Sequence record: PV808484.1
Source: a phage
Length of the DNA: 64,000 nucleotides
Direction: 5' to 3' (one strand)
Positions within the stretch are counted from its first letter, which is position 1. Each line of letters opens with the position of its first letter. Under the pieces are notes generated by a model. It was not told where the DNA came from. It ran no database searches and was given only the letters and a program-made list of their open reading frames with translations. Both the position numbers and the translations under genes were made by a program. Positions 57,124 to 64,000 of this stretch are shown here, one piece after another.

Positions 57124-57150
57124 CAGGGCGCACAAAGCGCCCTTTCTTTT
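57124..57150 (+). terminator. rho-independent terminator
   Basis: GGGCGC-ACAAA-GCGCCC followed by TTTCTTTTT. Confidence 0.65.
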
Positions 57151-57354
57151 TACCTAAATAAAGATGATAGCTTTTACCTATCAAAAACATTCACCGAAAA
57201 AAGTGAATAGATCGCGGTATCGAGCTAATCAAGGAGCAGATGAACAACCATACCATGAAGATCATAAGGCGCTTACAACGTGTTTTAAACCGCTTATTTT
57301 TAATTTCTCCATGTAACTATCTGGCAAAAACAGCCTTTTTCGTGTCTTTCCTCT

Positions 57355-57435
57355 TAAGTGATAATCATTCTTATTTATAGCTGATTATTTATGCAATAAA
57401 CTGCATAATGCAATAATGATAATCATTCTTAACTT
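57355..57435. promoter_or_regulatory. pair of Fur-box-like sites
   Basis: GTGATAATCATTCTTA at about 57358 and AATGATAATCATTCTTA at about 57414. Confidence 0.45.
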
Positions 57436-57439
57436 ATGA

Positions 57440-57780
57440 CCATCTAACCTATAAAATAATAAGTTATCTAACTAAATTAAAGCTAATTATTTCACCTTTA
57501 TTTATAACTTACTGTTACTATCTCATTGATAACCTTATATTAAACAACAATAACTAATATAAATCATTACTAAGCTAAATATAATCTATCTAACCTTTAA
57601 AACTATAACTATAATCTATCGAATTGTTGCACAAAGTAACTATTAAATTGTTAGTAACATTACTAAATAATTCATATCCTATCTATTTATGATCTAATCT
57701 TTACTTTCCTATCTATTACCTAAATAATCCTATCATACAGTTACCATTTCATGTAATAATCATTTCATACAATAACTATA
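57440..57780. repeat. AT-rich iteron-like short repeats
   Basis: recurring CTATCTAACCT / CTATCTAT / ATAACTATAA words in 340 bp without coding potential. Confidence 0.45.
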
Positions 57781-57837
57781 ACAAGAAATATAATTCGCAA
57801 GCGTATCATTAGCAGCCTATGCCGGACACATAGGCGG

Positions 57838-57985
57838 CTAATAATAACGCAACTACACACCCCACATAATAACCATCACCGATAGTTATTATTTGTGCTT
57901 ATGTAGCTTGCAACAATTGCAAGCGCAACAATATACATGGTATATTGTATCCCTTACATTGTTGCGGTGCGTTATTATTAGCTAA
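57838..57985. repeat. long-range inverted repeat with internal palindrome
   Basis: GCTAATAATAACGCAAC ... GTTGCGGTGCGTTATTATTAGC ~110 bp apart; internal CTTGCAACAATTGCAAG. Confidence 0.45.
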
Positions 57986-58282
57986 TGTTTGGAACATTGG
58001 CTATAATATAAGCTAAATAATAAGCTATTCAATAATAAACATAATGAATAATGACACTGATGATCATAATGCGCCACCTTCCAGGGGGCGCTATGTGAAC
58101 ACAAAGAAATCTTTCTTGTCAAGAAAAATATTAACACTATTGCGCAAAATTATTTATGTCTGAATAGATGATTTTTCATACTATTGTTATTATTTATCGG
58201 CCCTAACTATTGCCTATTTGTTGAGCCTACTTTCTTAAAAGCGCAATAAATCAGAATTATCTTGATTTTTAGGGTGTTTTAT

Positions 58283-58305
58283 AGTATAGAAAATATGCAA
58301 ATGAT
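58283..58305. promoter_or_regulatory. Fur-box-like site (17/19 match to GATAATGATAATCATTATC)
   Basis: GCAAATGATAATCATTATC read directly. Confidence 0.5.
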
Positions 58306-58482
58306 AATCATTATCAGCTATCTTCCACGGGTGGCACTATTTCACGCAGGATCATTTCATTTGGCAAGGTGTATATAGATGTTTAGACTTGCCAAGCCAT
58401 TGATTTACTTAGAATTTATCTGTTTTGTTGTGAGTAGTACCTTTCTTGCTCAGAAAATAATCAAAAGTCTTATAAGTCATTG

Positions 58483-58515
58483 AATGATAATGCAAATGAT
58501 AATTATTCTCATTGA
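58483..58515. promoter_or_regulatory. overlapping Fur-box-like sites
   Basis: GAATGATAATGCAAATGATAATTATTCTCATTGAT. Confidence 0.45.
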
Positions 58516-58632
58516 TATTTGAGGGGGACGGTCGGCAGAAATCGGGGGGCGCTGAAAATCGCGTTAAGCACCTCTCGCAAGCGAGCAGTATTTTGCGGCA
58601 AGTTATTGATATTATTGGCTTTACGCTTATGG

Positions 58633-58730
58633 AAAGGGGGTGTGTCGAAATAAATCGGGTATACCGGAAAATTTTTGTGGCATAGATATTTATTTGTCTA
58701 TATTATGTACAAAGGGGTGTGTTAAAAATA
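58633..58730 (+). repeat. two copies of AAAGGGGTGTGT-containing ~35-bp direct repeat upstream of paralogue array
   Basis: AAAGGGGGTGTGTCGAAATAAATCGGGTATACC and AAAGGGGTGTGTTAAAAATATTAGGTATATA; third core copy at 45661. Confidence 0.45.
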
Positions 58731-58872
58731 TTAGGTATATATAGAATAATTGATAGGGAAATCCTATACTAATTCCTCCATTAATGATGTTTCTATGTTG
58801 CTGTTCTTGTAACAGATGAAAAGACGCTGTATGATGTGTAGCATGAAACGTAAATTTATAAAGGAGTCTGAT

Positions 58873-59241
58873 ATGTGTGTTCCTCTTAGCAGTCCTCTGC
58901 TGTTAGAATTTTACAAAGCATGGATGGAAGATCATTCCTCAATGCATCGTGAGAATGTTGGTTTGTGTAATTGCCTTATGGATTACCTGGCAACCACTAT
59001 GTCAAAGAAAAAGCCTACGGAAGAAGATATAGAATATTTCAAGATGGTTCGTAGCAAAACGCTGAAAGAGATGAAACTGCAATTCACGTGTGCTGGGCTA
59101 TCCTCCTTCCTACCCTTTAATTATGATCTTCTATGTTATGAAGATGAAGGTAAGACACATTCTTGCCATACCAACCCAAAGAGATTGCAGTGGGTGAAAG
59201 ATCGTATTGCCGATTCATGTTTGGTGTTAGGGGGGTGGTAA
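58873..59241 (+). CDS. paralogue family protein 1 (Cys/His small protein)
   Basis: start moved to ATG 58873 (AAGGAG upstream); FYKAW..GLCNCL.DY and HTNPKRLQWVKDRI. Confidence 0.5.
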   Translation: MCVPLSSPLLLEFYKAWMEDHSSMHRENVGLCNCLMDYLATTMSKKKPTEEDIEYFKMVRSKTLKEMKLQFTCAGLSSFLPFNYDLLCYEDEGKTHSCHTNPKRLQWVKDRIADSCLVLGGW

Positions 59242-59609
59242 TGAAAAGTAATATTCCGTTGAGTAGTGCAGCTTTAATACGATTCTATAAAGCATGGATT
59301 GCCAACCATCCGGCAATGAATCGCACAACGAGTGGCTTGTGTGGTTGTCTGGTAGATTATGTAGATGATTTTGTTGGCGAGGTAACTAGAGAAGAAGATA
59401 AAAGATGGCGTGATCGTTTGTTGGATAGTTTGAAATACGAAATGAGGAAACAATTTACATGTGCAGGACTGGACTACAATCTTCCGTTCAATGTAGATTG
59501 CATGGATTACCTTTCAGAGTGTATAGACTTGGCGTGTCATACCAACACGTTACGTCTTCAATGGGTGAAAGACAGAATCGAAGATGCAAATAATGCTTGC
59601 ATTGAATAG
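59241..59609 (+). CDS. paralogue family protein 2
   Basis: start ATG 59241 overlapping upstream stop (TAATG); same motifs. Confidence 0.5.
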   Translation: MKSNIPLSSAALIRFYKAWIANHPAMNRTTSGLCGCLVDYVDDFVGEVTREEDKRWRDRLLDSLKYEMRKQFTCAGLDYNLPFNVDCMDYLSECIDLACHTNTLRLQWVKDRIEDANNACIE

Positions 59610-59680
59610 AAATGTCTGTACACTGTGTTCCATAAGATATGCAATATCGCGCATAACAAAACTACTAATGAGAGGTGTAA

Positions 59681-60139
59681 ATGAAAACTGTATCTTTGTA
59701 TCTTGCTAACACGGAGCGTGTACATAATCTCGTAAAAGAATGCGGTGTGAGTGTTCAATTTAATACAGGAAAGCCTTCCGTGGTGACAGGCAGTGAGATG
59801 TGTGTTATTGATTTCCTCAATGAATATTTTCGTGGAAAACCTATTGCTCGTCACTTCATTCAAGAAATGCGAGATGTTCTACAGGATTATGAATTCTACC
59901 CAGAAGTTTGTGAACGCTATGAAACGATTCTTAGTTCTGTAGAAGATCCAGATACTAGTGAAACAGGTGCTTCCCACTTACTGTGGATGTTGAATGAAAT
60001 TCAGGATGGGTGTAATGGTATGTCTGAAACCAAACGCCATCGTTGGCTAGGCTATATTCAGGGTGTTATGGTTATGAAAAACCTTATTACAGTGAACGAT
60101 GAACGTAACGCTACACGCCCCGTCTTTAATGGAGCATAA
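59681..60139 (+). CDS. hypothetical protein
   Basis: 152-aa ORF. Confidence 0.5.
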   Translation: MKTVSLYLANTERVHNLVKECGVSVQFNTGKPSVVTGSEMCVIDFLNEYFRGKPIARHFIQEMRDVLQDYEFYPEVCERYETILSSVEDPDTSETGASHLLWMLNEIQDGCNGMSETKRHRWLGYIQGVMVMKNLITVNDERNATRPVFNGA

Positions 60140-60140
60140 C

Positions 60141-60356
60141 ATGAAAAGCATTAAGGTGTGTATTGAAAATAATTGTGGCTATCTGGGGTTGACACACGTT
60201 GCTTTCCCTCTTATATTGGATGCCGATATAGCTTACAGCGGAGTTGCTTATGTGTCATTCAAGACAATGAGCCAAGTACCTGGCTGGAATTGGGAAGTAG
60301 TTGATGTTGTTGAAGGAGAAGACTATGTTTTCCTTCCACACGAATATACTGTTTAA
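60141..60356 (+). CDS. hypothetical protein
   Basis: start moved from track 60099 to ATG 60141 (GGAG upstream). Confidence 0.45.
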   Translation: MKSIKVCIENNCGYLGLTHVAFPLILDADIAYSGVAYVSFKTMSQVPGWNWEVVDVVEGEDYVFLPHEYTV

Positions 60357-60371
60357 AGAGAGGAAAAGAAG

Positions 60372-60548
60372 ATGGATAAACAAACTACTGTGTACTTAGT
60401 AACAAAGAATACCCCAGGCTGGAGCCAATGCAGCACTGTCCCTTACAAGATTTGTGCAACATTAGAACTAGCACAACGCGCAGAAGCAGAAGTGGATGCC
60501 ATGCAATACAGCTATGGTGAGATCATTCCTTTTACTCTTGAACAATAA
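60372..60548 (+). CDS. small hypothetical protein (58 aa)
   Basis: not in ORF track; AGAGGAAAAGAAG upstream. Confidence 0.4.
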   Translation: MDKQTTVYLVTKNTPGWSQCSTVPYKICATLELAQRAEAEVDAMQYSYGEIIPFTLEQ

Positions 60549-60559
60549 GGAGTTGTGTA

Positions 60560-61012
60560 ATGTTTGAAATTGGTAAAGTGTATCGTTTTAAGAACGCATC
60601 TTATATCCGTAAGTTTGCTAATGTGTCTGAGTGCAATAGCAGGATTGCTTCTTTCTTAGGTGATTCCTGTTTTCGTGTATTAGATGTGGATGCCTGGTAT
60701 GGTGTCACTTCTTTGCAATCCTTAGCAGGAGAGCAAGAAATTATCACTCAAAATGAAGGAGACTTTGTTCTGTGTTACACATTGCTTGCAGAAAGTGAGT
60801 TTGAGTATTTTGTAGAAGTATTAGAAGAAGCACCAAAAAGTAAACACGAAGAGAAATACCTGCTTGTAGTGGATGGAGTTCCGATCATGGAAACCACCTC
60901 CCGTGAGGAAGTTGAAAAAGAGGCAAAACGTTACAAGCTGGATCGTACACAGAGTGTAGTTGAAGTCTATTCTCTTGTTGGTGTTGCAGATGTTCATGTG
61001 AACATTGTATAA
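60560..61012 (+). CDS. hypothetical protein
   Basis: 150 aa; AAGGAG upstream. Confidence 0.5.
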   Translation: MFEIGKVYRFKNASYIRKFANVSECNSRIASFLGDSCFRVLDVDAWYGVTSLQSLAGEQEIITQNEGDFVLCYTLLAESEFEYFVEVLEEAPKSKHEEKYLLVVDGVPIMETTSREEVEKEAKRYKLDRTQSVVEVYSLVGVADVHVNIV

Positions 61013-61015
61013 TAT

Positions 61016-61228
61016 ATGTGTAATGATAGATACATTCTTCGTGTATCTGATAAGTCTCCTATGTTTGACTGGCGGGGCTGGTGGCTACTAGCTCCGATGC
61101 AAGGTCTGACAGACGTGGAAAAGGAGGCTTATGTGTATACAAAAGAAGAGATAGAAGATAGCCTTTATTTGACAGATAACATTAAGAATGGTATCTTTGA
61201 GTGTAAATTGAAAGGAGAGGAAGAATGA
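61016..61228 (+). CDS. hypothetical protein
   Basis: 70-aa ORF. Confidence 0.45.
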   Translation: MCNDRYILRVSDKSPMFDWRGWWLLAPMQGLTDVEKEAYVYTKEEIEDSLYLTDNIKNGIFECKLKGEEE

Positions 61229-61524
61229 CTATTACAGAAAAACTGCGCTGTATTGCAAAGCAAAGTGGAGAAGGTTTATGGTTTCCTATTGAGGAAATTA
61301 TTCAGGACTGTTATGATCAGGCTAAGACTGGCAAATACTCCAAAGCATTTAAACCGTCTGTTTTCGGTTTGGATGACTATCCAAAAAATGAACAAGCAAA
61401 GAAACGACAAGTTGATTTGATTGATCTGGCTATGGAAGCACTACGAGAGCATGGACTTAGTAAGGTGTATGCTTTAAACACCAAAGAGGGCTTTGTAGAT
61501 TCCGTGATCGTAGACTGGTATTAA
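61225..61524 (+). CDS. hypothetical protein
   Basis: 99 aa; GGAGAGGAAG upstream. Confidence 0.5.
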   Translation: MTITEKLRCIAKQSGEGLWFPIEEIIQDCYDQAKTGKYSKAFKPSVFGLDDYPKNEQAKKRQVDLIDLAMEALREHGLSKVYALNTKEGFVDSVIVDWY

Positions 61525-61533
61525 GGAGAAGTC

Positions 61534-61902
61534 ATGCAAGAGAATAGTAAAGTGTGTAGCATGAAAAGCAGCCCCTATTTGCTACAATTTTATGAGTGGT
61601 GGTTAGAACAAGAAGATACAAACTTTAGCAAAAAACATTATGGTCTTTGCACGTGTCTTGTAGACTTCTTGTACAATATTGCTTTGATAAAAGATGTTGA
61701 GAATGTAGCAAAGCTCCAATCCTCTGTACGAGAGGAAATGAAGGAACAATTTAAGAAAGCGGGTTTGAACCATTTACATCCGTTTAATACGGATTTCTCG
61801 CACTACTTTACGGAAACAGAGCTAGGCATTGCACACCTTAATAAAGAACGTGTACAATGGGTGATTGATCGTATTCGTGATATGGAGGAATACAATGGTT
61901 AA
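61534..61902 (+). CDS. paralogue family protein 3
   Basis: 122 aa; FYEWW..GLCTCLVDF and HLNKERVQWVIDRI. Confidence 0.5.
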   Translation: MQENSKVCSMKSSPYLLQFYEWWLEQEDTNFSKKHYGLCTCLVDFLYNIALIKDVENVAKLQSSVREEMKEQFKKAGLNHLHPFNTDFSHYFTETELGIAHLNKERVQWVIDRIRDMEEYNG

Positions 61903-62104
61903 GTTTAAAACTTTCTGTGCAATCACTGTTTGTCTTATTCTTGCATACGTGTTATTCTCTGGTATCGTTCGTTTAGGTGAGTATATGGCAAGAGAAGCTC
62001 GTGAAAGTGCAGCTAAAAAAGAACAGTGTATTGTGTTCAAGCATCAAAGAGATGCTGAAAAGTTTCTTGAACAGGATTGTGGGCGCTATGTGAATTATAA
62101 TTAG
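61895..62104 (+). CDS. hypothetical protein with N-terminal hydrophobic segment
   Basis: start moved from track 61865 to ATG 61895 (GGAGGAA upstream). Confidence 0.45.
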   Translation: MVKFKTFCAITVCLILAYVLFSGIVRLGEYMAREARESAAKKEQCIVFKHQRDAEKFLEQDCGRYVNYN

Positions 62105-62113
62105 GAGGGAAGT

Positions 62114-62362
62114 ATGTTAGATATTTTTACCTTTGATCGTGTTGGTACACCGATTACCGAAGAAGAACGTACCAAAATTGAACAAGAATTGGATGCTTTA
62201 CGTGCGTCTCTTACAGACACAGCCTCACTACAACGTGAAGCTGCACATCTCACAGAGATCACTGGTATTCAGTGGAACACGGAGTGGGTTGTAATTACAA
62301 TTGAAGCGGATATTTGGGGACATGAAGAGACGCTACGTACCGGAGTAGTAACGGTTTGGTGA
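62114..62362 (+). CDS. hypothetical protein
   Basis: 82 aa; AGGAGGG upstream. Confidence 0.45.
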   Translation: MLDIFTFDRVGTPITEEERTKIEQELDALRASLTDTASLQREAAHLTEITGIQWNTEWVVITIEADIWGHEETLRTGVVTVW

Positions 62363-62408
62363 TAGATGTTATTCTTTTGTGTTTCTTGATATATAAATAG
62401 GAGGGTTT

Positions 62409-62633
62409 ATGGTAAAACGTCTGGAATGGGATGCGTGTACTGCTCACGCTTGTCACTGTGATATTGTTGAAGATCCTAATGGAGAGATGGTGTATTATGA
62501 GGATTACGAAGCATTGCACAATGCTGTGATTGCTTTACTGGATGATATTAGCTCACGCTATCCAGGACAACAATTCACGTGTCCACATATCCAACTATTA
62601 GCCGAACTTACGGAGTATCCAAGTGTTCCATAA
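62409..62633 (+). CDS. hypothetical protein
   Basis: 74 aa; AGGAGGG upstream. Confidence 0.45.
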   Translation: MVKRLEWDACTAHACHCDIVEDPNGEMVYYEDYEALHNAVIALLDDISSRYPGQQFTCPHIQLLAELTEYPSVP

Positions 62634-62634
62634 T

Positions 62635-62802
62635 ATGGGTGTCCCTGAACAACTGCTCTTTATTGTAGGATTAGTAGGCTTATTGGCGGCTGGCGCTAAA
62701 GCCGCTTCTCACACGCATCACATAATGTTAAGATTTCTGTTCCTACTCCCTTCTATCCTTGTATTATTAGTCATATTGATTGATAACATTTTTCACAATT
62801 AA
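62635..62802 (+). CDS. small membrane protein (55 aa)
   Basis: not in ORF track; start overlaps upstream stop (TAATATG); two hydrophobic segments. Confidence 0.4.
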   Translation: MGVPEQLLFIVGLVGLLAAGAKAASHTHHIMLRFLFLLPSILVLLVILIDNIFHN

Positions 62803-62811
62803 GGAGAGGTT

Positions 62812-63396
62812 ATGAGTAAAATTATACCAAGCAGTTATGAATTATTGCAGTTTTATGTATATTACTTAGACTGGGTTAATAGATCGAATGTTAAAGACAA
62901 TGCGATGTTTAGTAAAAACATCTGTTTAACAGAAAGTATCTTCCGTTATTGGCACACAGGCAGAAAGTGTACACACAGTGAAGCTATGCGCATTGTAGGT
63001 GAATACCTGGAGCAATTGCAAAAAGCAGAACTTCCTGTCCTTCACCCATTCAACGAATCTAAAGAAGAATTAGAACAAGAGTGTAGAGAAGGTAAGTGCC
63101 ATTTAAATGAAAAACGTATCGAATGGGTGAGGCAACGTTTAGCCGATGCAGGGAATCCTCCTAGTGACTCTGACTATACGTGGTATGATGTAGAGGGTTT
63201 AGTTCAAGGTTTTGAGGCTTGTGCTATAGGTAATACCAACTTTGCCAAAGTTTTATGCGAGGTTTATGATCTGGCAGATAAAATCCGAAATCACGGATGG
63301 AAACAAGAGCATAAAGAATCATATGAACGCCTTGACAAGATTTTCAAACAGATCTATTCTAACCACAAAGAGATGTTCCAAATGGAGGATGTGTAA
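62812..63396 (+). CDS. paralogue family protein 4 (extended)
   Basis: 194 aa; FYVYYLDW...HLNEKRIEWVRQRLADA; AAGGAGAGG upstream. Confidence 0.5.
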   Translation: MSKIIPSSYELLQFYVYYLDWVNRSNVKDNAMFSKNICLTESIFRYWHTGRKCTHSEAMRIVGEYLEQLQKAELPVLHPFNESKEELEQECREGKCHLNEKRIEWVRQRLADAGNPPSDSDYTWYDVEGLVQGFEACAIGNTNFAKVLCEVYDLADKIRNHGWKQEHKESYERLDKIFKQIYSNHKEMFQMEDV

Positions 63397-64000
63397 TGAA
63401 AGAGATTATGTTTGAAGGGCATCGTTACGAAGTTCCAGACAATGCAAATTTCATGGCTCGTGATATCACTGGAGATGTGTTCTGGTTTGAAGATGAACCT
63501 GTGTTTTCTTCGAACAAACACTGGTTTTCACAACAATCTTCTTCGGAAAATATGACTTTTGGCTACGTAGAGCCTAAAGTGCGCTGCAAAGCAGCTTCTT
63601 CTTTGGTAAAAATTTCCCAAGATGATCAAGAAAATACTCCAGATGTTGTTAGTGCACTACTGAAGTACATTGCAGAACTTGAGAAGAAAATTAAAGAAGC
63701 AGAAACTAAGGTGAAAGCACGATCAGCCATCATTGAAGCTATGTCTGAACGTATCTTAGAGCTAGAAGATTTGTGTGGAGAGGCTTATCAAGTGGTTGGT
63801 GCGCTGGCTTGTGAAGCACAAATGTTTGAAACTTCAGAACAAGTTTCACATATGTTAGATAATTTGAGTGAATGTAAAATGATTCATGATGATGTATTGC
63901 CATTTTGTTGCAATGTTAACAAAACAGAGCAAACACAAGATTCAGAAACAGTTTATGTTCCGCTAATGTGTGTTCCAGATCATCTAAAAGGTGTATTCTC
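63396..64000 (+). CDS. hypothetical protein (3' end outside window)
   Basis: ATG 63396 overlapping upstream stop (TAATG); frame open to window end (>200 codons); not in ORF track. Confidence 0.5.
   Translation, partial: MKEIMFEGHRYEVPDNANFMARDITGDVFWFEDEPVFSSNKHWFSQQSSSENMTFGYVEPKVRCKAASSLVKISQDDQENTPDVVSALLKYIAELEKKIKEAETKVKARSAIIEAMSERILELEDLCGEAYQVVGALACEAQMFETSEQVSHMLDNLSECKMIHDDVLPFCCNVNKTEQTQDSETVYVPLMCVPDHLKGVF

Noticed and set aside
1-64000. Integrase, excisionase, transposase or att-site signatures indicating a prophage or mobile element
   Set aside because: No recombinase-like ORF or flanking direct repeats recognised; gene content is that of a virulent phage.

Overview
This window looks like a 64-kb piece of a virulent tailed-phage (Caudoviricetes) genome infecting an enterobacterial-type host; no integrase, transposase, rRNA, tRNA or CRISPR array was recognised. 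Layout: (i) 1-3575, plus strand, two tail-fibre genes (collagen-like Gly-X-Y fibre; 942-aa fibre with Ig-like and esterase-like regions); (ii) 3611-40784, a long minus-strand block with DNA metabolism genes (beta-class DNA methyltransferase, SSB-like protein, family A DNA polymerase, T7-type primase-helicase, UvrD-like helicase, anaerobic ribonucleotide reductase NrdD/NrdG), a cluster of four putative glycosyltransferases, and a Ter-like module (TerD-domain, vWA, TelA-like, TerC membrane protein) next to a TARG1-like macro domain, a type-I phosphoribosyltransferase and a HAD phosphatase; (iii) 40903-64000, plus-strand early-type genes, mostly small ORFs, many preceded by a stereotyped cassette of sigma70-like promoter, GC-rich 5' hairpin, Shine-Dalgarno and ATG. 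The plus block also carries a NADAR-domain protein, two paralogous P-loop ATPases (one on each strand), a four-member small-protein paralogue family, Fur-box-like palindromes, tandem direct repeats, a GC-rich island and a 1.7-kb AT-rich non-coding region. The most interesting candidates are the phage-borne Ter-like/nucleoside-metabolite module, the pairing of two ADP-ribose-reversal domains (macro + NADAR, possible anti-DarT counter-defence), the glycosyltransferase cluster (possible DNA glycosylation) and the repeated 5' leader hairpin cassette. All functional calls rest on motif recognition by eye; no database search was run. ORF-track starts that use TTG/GTG or sit inside promoter leaders were moved to downstream ATGs with a Shine-Dalgarno where one was visible.
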